A stretch of 63,960 bases of DNA, filler included, from Globobulimina sp. (GCA_003354225.1; 42 parts of 42 records of this genome joined end to end with filler, not necessarily neighbours in it); one strand, 5' to 3'; counted from the first letter of the whole stretch, positions 12,770-23,854 are shown. The notes: generated from the sequence alone by a model not told the origin. Program-made: numbers and translations.

Positions 12770-13360
12770 ATGGCACATCCAAATGATGCAAAAATCAATC
12801 AAGACGATAAAAGGAAACATCTTAAAATACTTTTTTTGGATATTGACGGTGTGATGAATTGTTTTGAATCGAAAACAGATTACGATGATGCACTTCTATC
12901 AAAACAATTGTTCCCATCGAAACAAATTGAATGTTTAAAGTTGATATTAGAAAAAACAAACTGTGAAATTGCATTATCAACATCATGGAGAGCATCGGAA
13001 CAAAAAAAAGAAGCAATCGGAAAGGAATTCATTGCAAATGGGATTAAATGGAATAATATTTATATTGGAGACACACCAAAATTTGATTATAATATGATGC
13101 TTAAAAATGAAAATGAAAACTATAGTTATAATGATCTCTATGAGCGGGCTTTTGAAATAGAAGCATTTCTGAAATCAATTGATGGAAACAGATATTTGAT
13201 TGAGGCGTGGTGTGCTGTGGATGACATGAAATTGAACTGTGGTCCAAAGAGTAAACAAATTATGGATAAACATTTTGTTCAAACAAACGAATGTGAAGGA
13301 ATGACTAAGAAAGACGCCTTAAACATAATAAATATTTTGAACAACGTGGATACTTTCTAA
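12770..13360 (+). CDS. HAD-superfamily domain protein (Swiss-Army-Knife RNA-repair-type HAD)
   Basis: KILFLDIDGV, LSTSWR, R..EI..FL and WCAVDDM motifs. Confidence 0.85.
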   Translation: MAHPNDAKINQDDKRKHLKILFLDIDGVMNCFESKTDYDDALLSKQLFPSKQIECLKLILEKTNCEIALSTSWRASEQKKEAIGKEFIANGIKWNNIYIGDTPKFDYNMMLKNENENYSYNDLYERAFEIEAFLKSIDGNRYLIEAWCAVDDMKLNCGPKSKQIMDKHFVQTNECEGMTKKDALNIINILNNVDTF

Positions 13361-13405
13361 ATGTTTGAATCGTGGAAGAATCTCAGCAAGATCGCCTACC
13401 TACGT

Positions 13406-13480
13406 CCCTGCAGACACAACTATTGAGCTAATTTTCATTGTTGTGATCAGTGATCGGACTTCAACTTTTGGAATGGCCTC
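13406..13480. repeat. Dispersed MITE-like repeat family A (also 21368-21409 and 34214-34299)
   Basis: CTGCAGACACAACTATTGAGCTAATTTTCATTGT(T/G)GTGATC is shared by three contigs; both inverted arms are seen at 34214-34299. Confidence 0.8.
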
Positions 13481-13862
13481 AATTATATTAAGACTACTTT
13501 CCCTGTAGATTGATTTGGAAGGATTGGTTTTGAGATTTTGTATAATGGTTTGGATTTGTTTATTTTAAACGCGTATAATTTGGCGTTTGTATGGGTTTGT
13601 ATGAGTATGCATAAGGGTGGATTTTATTTGAGACGGTNNNNNNNNNNNNNNNNNNNNNNNNNNNNNNNNNNNNNNNNNNNNTTAATTAATTAANNNNNNN
13701 NNNNNNNNNNNNNNNNNNNNNNNNNNNNNNNNNNNNNCGTATAATGTTAATAATAACTAATCAGCTCACATCATTGAAGTCAATTTCTCCTTGCACTTTG
13801 GTTAACATTTTTTGCATTTTCGGCGCGTCATAATACCTCACAGACTGCAGTTTAAAAGTACC

Positions 13863-15163
13863 ATGGATATCGGTGGCCGAATGGGAGGCGATTCAAGTCA
13901 TTTAACAATATCACTACCCAATGGAGATGAAGTAGAACACAAACAAGTACCAAACACAGAGACATTATGGAATATTTTATTGCAATTTCAAGCGCAAAAA
14001 AACCAAAATCTATGTAAAAAATATAATAAAGACAACAGATATGAATTACCCCAATTATTATACAATAATTATCCATTCGCGTCCACATTAACCCAACTTC
14101 TATCCACCACATTATTTGATATCGCTAAACATAAAAAACCCAATAAATCAAACTCGAGGCAAATAAAATTAACTTTGATATTTCAAACGCAAGCGTTCTC
14201 CATCAATGAATTGGATGCAAAATTAGCAAAAATCCAAAAGGAATTAAAAAAAAAAGATATGGATATTGATGATACAAAACACGACAATGACAATGACGAG
14301 GATGAACATAAAAAATCGGGGCTTTCTAATGATTTCGCCATGGACATTGACCCAGTCATTGCGCAAAACACTGAGGAGATATTTCGTAAAATGGAAATGT
14401 TATTATATAAATTATGCAAATTAGTAAGCATCAAACAAGACTTTATTGCATGTATGAAATTATTGAGAAAAGTTGTAAATAATTTAGTTATTCATCCGTT
14501 GGACAAAGTGGATGATAAAAAAAATAAAGATCCCACCAAATATAGAAAATTAAATTTAAATAATGATAAATTACAAAATAAATTGTTTAAATACAAACCT
14601 GCATTGGATTTATTGCTATTAATTGGTTTTATACAAAAATCAAGTTCCGATACAGAGAATTATTTAATTTTACCGTCGCAAAATGAGAATGTGGTTGTTT
14701 TTCAAGCGTTAATTGTTAAAATAGGAAATTGCCAGCCACCAAAAGCTGCCGTGCCTGTCATTGATAAAGAGATAAAGATTTATTTATGGGACGATTTAAG
14801 GAAATTTAAAGTTGAAGAAGCTAAGATCATTGCACAGGAAAATGCAAATAAAAGTCAGTCAGAGACGTCGTTAGCATCACAGCATAGAATTGCGGCGCAG
14901 AAAGCGTATAAAAAACATCATCCAACTGAATTAATGGGTATGTTGTATGTTTTATTCATGTGTTTGAGTGTTGGCATTGACAGCATGGTGTCATGGTTTT
15001 TTTTGAAGTAACAAACAGTTTTTAATTTTGCTTACTTTGATTTTCAAAGGTAAAGCGTTGAGGGAGAAGAAATATGGAGTTAAGCAAAAGGAATATAAAT
15101 TTACCGTGATTCGTGTTGAATTTCCATCAAAATATGTGTTAGAAGCAAAATTCCATCCATTGG
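13863..15163 (+). CDS. UBL-PUB-UBX p97/Cdc48 cofactor (UBXN6/TUG-like), intron 14938-15049, 3' partial
   Basis: PUB motif (LLRKVVNNLVIHP...KYRKLNLNN...LLLLIGF) and UBX start (TVIRVEFPSKYVLEAKFHP). The GTATGT..AAAG intron restores the frame. Confidence 0.8.
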
Positions 15164-15323
15164 NNNNNNNNNNNNNNNNNNNNNNNNNNNNNNNNNNNNN
15201 NNNNNNNTTAATTAATTAANNNNNNNNNNNNNNNNNNNNNNNNNNNNNNNNNNNNNNNNNNNNTTTATAAATTTTACTAATTGATTAAATAATTTCACTT
15301 GTCTTGATTTTAATTTCATTTTT

Positions 15324-15362
15324 AATTGAATAATAGTTAATACATAATTACTATTCAATTTT
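15324..15362 (-). terminator. AT-rich hairpin after the ZF gene, overlapping an AAAATTGA motif
   Basis: AATTGAATAATAGTTA..TAATTACTATTCAATT (16-bp arms, 2 mismatches). Minus-strand AAAATTGA at 15355-15362 equals the mimivirus early-promoter motif. Confidence 0.55.
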
Positions 15363-15392
15363 AATATCTATTTTGTTTTATTTAGATAATAT

Positions 15393-16271
15393 TTATTTTT
15401 TAAAATAAACATCACGTCTATGTTGCATATATAAAGCATTTATCTTATTTCTATCATTTAAAGTATCTAATCTAATTTCATCACTTAATTTTGTATGAAT
15501 TGCTAATTGTTGTTTTTTATAATCATCATCTGCTTCTGTTAGATTATTTATACATTTTGTTGCTCCTCTATTATATGTTATTGGTATTTTCATTATTCTA
15601 TTATCAATAATTTGTTCTCTCTTCATCGCTGATAACCATTTTTGTCCATTATGTATTTCACACCATATATTTTGCTTATTTGTTATTCGCAATGTTTTAT
15701 TTTCTTCTATTTCATTATATACTCTATCCATAATCATTTTACATCTTTCTACATCTGTTAATTGATTATTTGCTAAATCATGTAAGAATTTAAAATCAAA
15801 TGAAATTGCTTCTTTACCATAAACGTTTAGGTTAATATTATTAATTGTTTTATTATCATTAAGTGTATTATTATTATTTGTTGTATTGATATTATTATTT
15901 GTTGTATTTATATTTCCATTTCCATTTTTACTTTCTAATTGTTTTTTTAATTCTTTAATTAATTCATCTTTTTCATTTTCTTTTTTCTTAACTTTACAAT
16001 ACTTATCTATGTGCCTTTTAACTGAATCTTTTCTTTTGAATGTCTTTGAACAATAATCACAATTATATATATATTCTACCTTTTGTGCGGTATTTTGGAT
16101 ATTTGTGCGGGTTTTGTGCGGGTTTTGTGCGGGTTTGTGCGGTTTTTGTGCGGTTTTTGTATATTTCTCTTTATTTCTTAAATGTTTTTTTGTCTTTGTA
16201 TGTTTTATCCAATTATTTTGATACTTTATTGACTGATTACAATAAGAACAATGGCCTGTATATATTTCCAT
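15393..16271 (-). CDS. Giant-virus (Mimiviridae/Imitervirales-like) C2H2/C2HC zinc-finger protein
   Basis: Two fingers, a coiled coil, an Asn-rich tract, then INLNVYGKE...EENKTLRITNK...W, a layout I recognise from NCLDV multigene families. Intronless and very AT-rich. Confidence 0.7.
   Translation of the reverse strand: MEIYTGHCSYCNQSIKYQNNWIKHTKTKKHLRNKEKYTKTAQKPHKPAQNPHKTRTNIQNTAQKVEYIYNCDYCSKTFKRKDSVKRHIDKYCKVKKKENEKDELIKELKKQLESKNGNGNINTTNNNINTTNNNNTLNDNKTINNINLNVYGKEAISFDFKFLHDLANNQLTDVERCKMIMDRVYNEIEENKTLRITNKQNIWCEIHNGQKWLSAMKREQIIDNRIMKIPITYNRGATKCINNLTEADDDYKKQQLAIHTKLSDEIRLDTLNDRNKINALYMQHRRDVYFKK
16081..16154. repeat. 11-nt tandem repeat (TTTTGTGCGGG-like, 6 copies) inside the ZF CDS
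   Basis: Directly visible; encodes TAQKPHKPAQNPHKTRT between the two fingers. Confidence 0.9.
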
Positions 16272-16312
16272 ACTTATAATATATAGTAATATTTTATTTT
16301 TATATCATTTTT

Positions 16313-16414
16313 GGATGTAAAAAGTATGTAAATGTATGTAAAATGTATGTAAAATGTATGTAAAATGTATGTAAAATGTATGTAAATACCCGCACAGTTT
16401 TGAGAGAGAGAGAG
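16313..16414. repeat. 11-nt tandem repeat (GTATGTAAAAT, about 7 copies) plus GA run upstream of the ZF gene
   Basis: Directly visible; followed by ACCCGCACA and (GA)6. Confidence 0.9.
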
Positions 16415-16533
16415 GAGTTGTAATTTTTCCTATTGTTTTGGAAAAATAATGCAAAAACGAAACCTTGGATATTAATTGAATATGGTTTGATAAGAATTGG
16501 ATTTCATTTTGGTTTCGTTTTAAAATCACTTTT

Positions 16534-16565
16534 TTTAATAATGAAAAAATAAGTTCATTATTAAA
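16534..16565 (-). terminator. Perfect 12-bp AT hairpin after an upstream minus-strand ORF end
   Basis: TTTAATAATGAA-8 nt-TTCATTATTAAA, consistent with the mimivirus hairpin rule for transcript 3' ends. Confidence 0.55.
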
Positions 16566-16789
16566 GTTTAATTTATGCTATATTTTAAATTTTCATTATT
16601 TTCCTCATCATAAAACTATATGCTGTAATAGATGAAGACATTATTGCTAATAATCCAATATAATATAATATGTATATTTTTTTAAATGTNNNNNNNNNNN
16701 NNNNNNNNNNNNNNNNNNNNNNNNNNNNNNNNNTTAATTAATTAANNNNNNNNNNNNNNNNNNNNNNNNNNNNNNNNNNNNNNNNNNNN

Positions 16790-18215
16790 TTTATTGTACA
16801 GACACAACAGAAACATTTAAATCGCGATGTATTGTATACAATAATGACAAACTAAAACAAAATCAACAAAACCTCAAACTACAAAGCATATTAACAGGAA
16901 ATACAGACAACAGAAAATATAACAATCATTATTACAAACAGTGTTTAAAAGAGCTCAATTCGTTATATTGTGAAAATTATAAATCTCAATGGAAAGTATT
17001 ATATAAATATTGGCAAAACTGGCGAAAATATGCAGACAACGCTGATAATTCCGATACTGAAACAAAAACAGATGAAGCAAACGACTCCGATCATTCAGAT
17101 GATTTACCCAAATTCAATACGGCTGCATCCAATTTAATTGATTTGAGCGATGACAAATATTTAGAAGAATGCTGCGATGAATATATATGGAATAAGGAGA
17201 TATTGCGTGAAACTACGCGACGCGGCAATACCTTACGTACTGTGATGAGCATTTTCAATGCGACCAAATCAAATAATAACAGTATGGCCACAGCTGCAGC
17301 ATCGCCCAGTCCTCAGTCGCCAGATCTAAGTGATACTGACACTGCACGCTATAAATACAAACGGCAAAATATTGTCCGGGCTAAGACTATGGAGGAGTAT
17401 GTGTATAAAATGAATGGTATAAAATGTATCCAAAGTGTGCAACAAATGAAGAAATGGATTGCGAATAATAAAGATAGTGTAGATGATACACGCTGTGGTT
17501 GTGGCAGGTCTTCAGTGAGTAAATGGGCCAAAGATAATATGCCGGAGAAGCTGCCCATTTATATGTGGGAATGGCAGCACGTGGTCGCTTTTATAGAACA
17601 AATAGATGACATTAAACACTTTGCGAGTGTCTTTTGGCAGTATAAAATCGATGGAAAGGAGTTGTGTACAATGACACGGAAACAGATACAGTTATTAATT
17701 GAATGCGCGTTGTTGAATAATCATAAAATCGAAGAGAAGTATTTAACTCAATTGAGGGAGCACGCAGAACAGAATGAGATGCCATGGCCGATTACCATGG
17801 AAGCAAAAGCAGTTAAAACACATACTGACAAAGCACGGATAAAACAACATGTGATCTGTCGGTATCATTTATCAATTGATTTAATAAAACATCTGTTGCA
17901 GGAAACTGATTATCCCGCACTGTCTGAGGATGCACAAAAGATATATAAATTAATACAGCTGCTGAGGGTTAATGTGGGCAGAGGACCTAAACACTTCTGG
18001 TTTGTTGTACATAGTAATTAATTTATCTTACATGTACAGCATGCGCTGGTTTGTTATATTAATATTACTAAACAGGAAAATGGATGCAATCTTTTTTCAT
18101 AAAATTGATAATTTTTTGGCTGTTTTATTGGCTCCAAAACATATGAGGGAAATATTTCAAAAGTGTTTTGTGGATTTCTTAATCGATATCGATGATGAAA
18201 AACAATTAAATGCGG
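16790..18215 (+). CDS. SAM-domain protein, partial
   Basis: WEWQHVVAFIEQI...FASVFWQYKIDGKELCTMT matches the SAM consensus; frame open from the contig start. Confidence 0.7.
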
Positions 18216-18519
18216 NNNNNNNNNNNNNNNNNNNNNNNNNNNNNNNNNNNNNNNNNNNNTTAATTAATTAANNNNNNNNNNNNNNNNNNNNNNNNNNNNN
18301 NNNNNNNNNNNNNNNTGTGTTTTTCAGAAATATGTCCGAACTCAACATCCTATACTGTTAAATATAGAAATTAGGACACATTATAATGTCGCTATGCAAT
18401 TACCATTAAATATGGATGCCATCCAGTCACCAAATTAAAAGAAACAGGAAATATGAATGAATTAAAGGATGGCAGCTATAGTTTGTGCAAGGATAATAGT
18501 TATGATTATGTTTTTAATC

Positions 18520-18939
18520 TCATGCTTTTTGATTTTCCTCTAAATTCTTTACAATGGATTGTTCCAACTTTGATGGGTTCGCACCAATGACTTGTTCTAA
18601 ACTATATCCATTTTGGATTAATTCGAATGTGGGCAATGATGCAACTCCTCTTTGTGCAGCTAATTCAGGCAAGTCATCACAATCAATACTCAAAAATTCA
18701 CATTGGTCCGCATATTGATTGGATAATTCTTCAAATAAAGGTGCCATTCGTTTGCAAGGTCCACACCATTCTGCCTTATAATCAACAACCAATAATTTTA
18801 CAGATGTATTTATCACATTTTCAAAGTCTGATGCTTTTTCAATTTTTGTTACTATTCTGCGTCTAAATATGTTATTCCTTGACAGTAATGATGATGATAT
18901 CAATCCGATACGTTTTGAAAACATTTTGCTCAGGGCCAT
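18520..18939 (-). CDS. Thioredoxin with probable mitochondrial transit peptide
   Basis: WCGPC active site; Arg/Ser-rich, acid-free N-terminus. Confidence 0.93.
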   Translation of the reverse strand: MALSKMFSKRIGLISSSLLSRNNIFRRRIVTKIEKASDFENVINTSVKLLVVDYKAEWCGPCKRMAPLFEELSNQYADQCEFLSIDCDDLPELAAQRGVASLPTFELIQNGYSLEQVIGANPSKLEQSIVKNLEENQKA

Positions 18940-19313
18940 GATAAAAAAAATGAGTTTTTCAGTAGTTTAAGTTTTAATAGGGCTTTCCGATAAGTACTGA
19001 TTTTTTTGTCAGTTCAAAAACGCTTTCCCACCATACTTTCCCTGTAGATTAGGGATCACCACACTAACTCTTTCGTCATTTTGCTTGCTTTTTGTGTTGT
19101 TGTATTGTGTGTCTATTGTATGAATCAGATAGATCCTAAAAGGAAAGACTTCAATTCTTCAAATTGACAAAGTTAGAAATTGGGAAATTTTCACTTTTTG
19201 GGAAAGTCGATCACAAGTTTATTTTTTGTTTCTTATATGTTAATTAAAGAATATATTTGGTTGTTTTGAGTATATGGGCAGCTATGCAAACAATTGCAAT
19301 CACTTTCATTAAC

Positions 19314-19428
19314 ATCAGATTTTTGTCAAGTTAAGGTGGACATGGTCTATGGTCTCTGTTTTTTTATGTTGACGATATAATATATACACAGCAATTATTG
19401 AGGCCTCCAATTATTACGGGCACAAATT
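19314..19428. repeat. Dispersed repeat family B (second copy about 58090-58185)
   Basis: CAGATTTTT..AAGTTAAGG..GACATGGT...TGGTCTCTGTTTTTTTAT.TTGACGATATA..ATATACACAGCAATTATT is shared by two contigs. Confidence 0.8.
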
Positions 19429-20030
19429 ATGTATGGCAAATTGGCAATGCAAATCAAAATAATACGACATCAAATGGTTAATCAATATTCTGATATTCCG
19501 ATCCTAATTCAAAACATTATTTCACTGCCATTGTTACTGCCATTGTTTCAACTTCGAATATCTGGTTGTTTATCATTATAGGAACTATTTCCAAAACATT
19601 ATTCATTATGCAGTAAAATACATATCCAATGATTATACATTAAAAGATATCGAAACATAAAAAATTTAAACAACCATAAAAATATGTTTTAAATGCAAAT
19701 AGTGATTCGGTCCAAAACGTACTGATAGGTTTATACCAACTNNNNNNNNNNNNNNNNNNNNNNNNNNNNNNNNNNNNNNNNNNNNTTAATTAATTAANNN
19801 NNNNNNNNNNNNNNNNNNNNNNNNNNNNNNNNNNNNNNNNNAAGTGTCCAAGATTGATAAAAAGAAGAATTTTCAAATAATGGTCTGAAAAAAATAGAAA
19901 TGAATTTATTAAATGTGATATCACTAGATACAGAACATCAAACATTGGATAAATATAGTGCAAATCACATTATTGAAAAACTTTCGACTCTTCCACTATT
20001 TAAAACCTCTGTATATATACGTACGTACTC

Positions 20031-21267
20031 ATGATGGCAGATGTTGACACAGACAACGATGAAGAAATGAAATCACCAAACGATGAGAACTCAAATGACG
20101 CATTTAATCAACAGGAATTTGAGGAAAACCTAAAAAAATGTCGTGACGAATTATCCCAAAATGCAAACGATTACAATGCGCATTTAAATCATGTCAACTG
20201 TTTATCAAACATTAAACACATTAATCAATTCCGGAAAGCACGCACTAAAATGAGTGACAAATTTGCCATTCCACCATCAGTTTCAATTAATTTCATCAAT
20301 GTTGAAATTGAATATTTGTATTATTTAAATGACACTCAATCAAAGACACAAACAAATGAGCAAATTAATGCAATAATACAATTGTTTAAAAACGCCATAA
20401 AAGACTATTGCGTAGATATCAAATTATGGACAAATTATCTTGAATTTGTATTTCAGTTTCAAACTATAATCGGCATCAATGAAATTCGTGAAAATATCCT
20501 AAACGAAGCAATAACGAGCATTGGACATCATTTTTATGAGGGACATACAGTTAAAATCAGTGCAAGGATTATCTCAAAATACAATAACAATAATTACATA
20601 TAACAGTTTTGGTGCTTATACCGGGAATTTGAGACTCAGTGTTTAGCGAAATTGGTAAACAAACAAAACAAAGACGACACGCCAGACATAGAAGACATTG
20701 ACGGCATAAACAGTGACGAGGACATTGGCGATGATGACATTGCAAATATTTCCGTTTCAAGGCAGACCGAGAAAATCCGCAAAATCTGGCGCCAACAAAT
20801 AAAAATCGTACATTTTCAAATTGAAGATACGTACCGAAACTATCAAGATTGGGAATGTTCATTCTTTGGGGCCGCCAGCTCTCATTTTAAAGACAAATAC
20901 AATCAAAGCAAGAAACTAAGTAAATACTTTAAAAAATGGGAAGAAAAATTAAGCAAATTAGCTGCAAATATCTCGCCTGGATATGCCTCGATGGAACGGT
21001 TAACATTTTGGAAGGAATATATCCATGAAATACGTACAATGATTAAACATATTTCGCCGAAAACCATTTTAAATTTATACGAACGGGCTATTTTGGATTG
21101 TTTTTTGTTTGAACAACAATGGTTGGACTATTTGGGTTATATCAAAGAAAGCGGATTGAAATACGAAATGATATCAGTTTGTGAGCGTAGTATAAGGAAT
21201 ATTGCGTTATCCGTTCCGTTGTGGTTGGAATATATATATGGCTGTCAATGGACTGACTCTCAGATTG
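20031..21267 (+). CDS. SART3/Prp24-like HAT-repeat protein, with intron near 20550-20606, 3' partial
   Basis: HAT repeats (LFKNAIKDY..IKLWTNY; LYERAILDC....QWLDY; CERSIRNI...VPLWLEY) and a GHHFYEG motif. Confidence 0.75.
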
Positions 21268-21841
21268 NNNNNNNNNNNNNNNNNNNNNNNNNNNNNNNNN
21301 NNNNNNNNNNNTTAATTAATTAANNNNNNNNNNNNNNNNNNNNNNNNNNNNNNNNNNNNNNNNNNNNATCACCACAATGAAAATTAGCTCAATAGTTGTG
21401 TCTGCAGTGCTTGTGCTTGTAGTGTGATGGAGTGGCCATTTACATACGGAGATACTCACGGTTTATCCACACAACCACTACACAGTAGAAACCGGAACCT
21501 GACTAACCTAGACATATATATCTTGTTTCATTGATCGATATACTTCTACAACATTTTAGTCTTAGAAAGCTAGTCAATGATTTTATAAAGAGTGTTCTTA
21601 TAGAGATTGACCTTACAGAGAGAAGAGACTGTATATTTTTAAACAATTAATGAGAAGATAGAAAATAAATCTGTTTTTACATTGCAAGATATATTAATAT
21701 TAAGCAATACACATTTATCATCCCCATGCTACTTTCTTGAGTACACAGTAAACAAACTCATTCAACAAAGTTTTCATCGTAAAAAAGCCCACGGCGAAAT
21801 GGGAGTACACCATACAAGATAATTAAATATCATTTTTTATA

Positions 21842-22793
21842 TTATTTATTTACGTCATTTACTTGCATTATGTTTTGGATAAAATGTTCTTTTAAACTAT
21901 TTCTACTCTTTTTGCCTGCTGAACCCATTGGCATTTCAGCACTAAAATATATTGCTTCAGGCACTTCGTTAATATTTTTATTTAAGTTTGCTTCACATAA
22001 ATCAAATAACTGTTTCTTGAGTTTATTTTCATTTATTGCTCCATTCTTTAAATCAACAAAATATTTATCATTCAGTTCAATAAATGCAAAAGGTTTCTCA
22101 ATATTTGGTTGATTCGCATCGCCCGATAATTGATTATATTCAATCCCAACAACTGCTACGTTGGATACATATTCATTTTGCAATAAAACATTTTCTATAA
22201 TCTCCGGATAAATAATATGTCCGAAGGTTTGGATAATATCACTTTTTCTTTGCATAAATCGATATTTTTTCTTATCTAAATCAACCAGACATTGATCACC
22301 GACAATAAAATATCCATCCTCAGTGAAGGCTTCTTGTGTTTTTTCTGGGTTTCCCAAATACTCAAAAACGCTTTTGTTAATATCCCCATTTTTAACCAAT
22401 AATTCATTGTTTTCATTAAATTTGACTCCTTTTGGAATATCAAAATAATAAAACATTTCTTCTAAATTTATATCGTCATATTTTTGGGTGGATATCCAAT
22501 CAGAAACACCTAAAATGCCGGCTTCTGTGGAACCAAATACATTTCGGACAAAAATATTTTCGTTATCGATTTCTTTCATAAAATTTCGCAACAATGAAAT
22601 TGGTATATTTTCACCTATCATGCTAAATGTATTTAAATTGCCATTATTTAACAATTTGAGTTTACCAAAGTTGTATAGCTCATAAATCCACATTGTATTA
22701 CCATAGAAATGATTGATCTTTTTATTGTTAATAGCATCCGACAACAGATTTACACTCTTTTTTAAGCTTTGAGCAATACCCTCAATCTCTGAA
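21842..22793 (-). CDS. AMP-binding (acyl-CoA synthetase family) enzyme, C-terminal part
   Basis: FGSTEAG, Y.GNPEKT..AF..DGYF.VGD, RKSDII, YPEIIEN and P....GK motifs. Confidence 0.85.
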
Positions 22794-22973
22794 NNNNNNN
22801 NNNNNNNNNNNNNNNNNNNNNNNNNNNNNNNNNNNNNTTAATTAATTAANNNNNNNNNNNNNNNNNNNNNNNNNNNNNNNNNNNNNNNNNNNNATTGAGG
22901 TATATCATTAATTAGGGTATTAATATTATTCACTATTAATCTGTAACTCTTCTGAAGATATAGTTGAAAACAA

Positions 22974-23023
22974 TTCACTAATAGTGAAAAAGGATTGACA
23001 ATACGTGAAAAAAATAGTATAAT
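22974..23023 (+). promoter_or_regulatory. Perfect sigma70 promoter with adjacent palindromic operator candidate
   Basis: TTGACA (22995-23000), 17 nt, TATAAT (23018-23023). TTCACTA-A-TAGTGAA palindrome at 22974-22988. Confidence 0.75.
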
Positions 23024-23075
23024 TATATGTGAATGGGTTAAAAACCCTATATTCACCTTCTCATTTTCTCTCCTT

Positions 23076-23104
23076 AAGGGTTGACACCGTGTCAGCCCTT
23101 TTTT
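23076..23104 (+). terminator. Rho-independent terminator
   Basis: AAGGGTTGACA-CCG-TGTCAGCCCTT stem (one G-U pair) followed by a T run. Confidence 0.7.
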
Positions 23105-23143
23105 ATTATCCTCTCCCCTGTGTAACCCATATGGACCTGAACT

Positions 23144-23452
23144 ATGTACAGTAAAAGAGTGGCGGCAAGGGTAGACTCTACACAAAATGATGTAGTGGTG
23201 GAGCTTAGAAAGCTTCCAGGTGTAACAGTATCACTAGGGCATGATGATTTTATCGTGGGGTACAAAGGCAAGAACTCCTGGATTGAGTGGAAATCTGGAA
23301 ACCCTTACAAGAAAAACGGTGAATTCAAGAAAGGATACGTCAAGAAATCACAGAAGAAACTTCACGAAAACTGGCGTGGTCAATATGACATATGCTGGAA
23401 GCTAAACCAAGTTCTAAATATTATAGGTTACGATAAAGCAATCTTAATTTGA
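23144..23452 (+). CDS. Phage VRR-NUC-like PD-(D/E)XK nuclease
   Basis: AARVD.TQ..VV..LR...V...DDFIVGY.G...IEWK...Q......WRG pattern of small phage nucleases. Confidence 0.75.
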   Translation: MYSKRVAARVDSTQNDVVVELRKLPGVTVSLGHDDFIVGYKGKNSWIEWKSGNPYKKNGEFKKGYVKKSQKKLHENWRGQYDICWKLNQVLNIIGYDKAILI

Positions 23453-23530
23453 TACTTTTTTGAAACAACATATAAATGGTTTTCCGTCTTTATAATGCAT
23501 AGCTAACCCCCCTACTAATGTTCTCCTCAA

Positions 23531-23605
23531 TTATAATAGTCAGCAGACGCGAAGACGCCCGCGCTCCTGACTATTATCCTTTTTCCACTTATTACACTGT
23601 TATAA
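23531..23605 (+). mobile_element. attC-like site A (rearranged or degenerate)
   Basis: Shares a 36-nt core with site B and ends in GTTATAA; the left end reads TATAAT instead of TATAAC. Confidence 0.6.
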
Positions 23606-23606
23606 T

Positions 23607-23840
23607 TTACCAGACCAGACCCCATGCGTGTTTTTCGGTTGGACTCATGGTATCTATTCGTCTCCACTTCTCGGCAAATACTCCCATTTCGATCACGCAA
23701 CAACTGCACAGATGATACTTTGCATTTTCTACATGGGATATACAAAGTTTTGATTTTGAATCCATATTCAGGCCAACAAGTTCTTCAAGGTTGGCCAATG
23801 TTTCCCCGCATAAGTTACATGCGTATTCCTCAACTTTCAT
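23607..23840 (-). CDS. Small CxxC...HxCxxC zinc-binding protein carried in a cassette
   Basis: AAGGAG Shine-Dalgarno just upstream of the ATG; CNLC and HLCSCC motifs. Confidence 0.7.
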   Translation of the reverse strand: MKVEEYACNLCGETLANLEELVGLNMDSKSKLCISHVENAKYHLCSCCVIEMGVFAEKWRRIDTMSPTEKHAWGLVW

Positions 23841-23854
23841 AATGTTCTCCTTAA

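Noticed and set aside
16305-16529. 74-aa ORF with HTFYI repeats
   Set aside because: It is the translation of the 11-mer upstream array, with no independent coding evidence.
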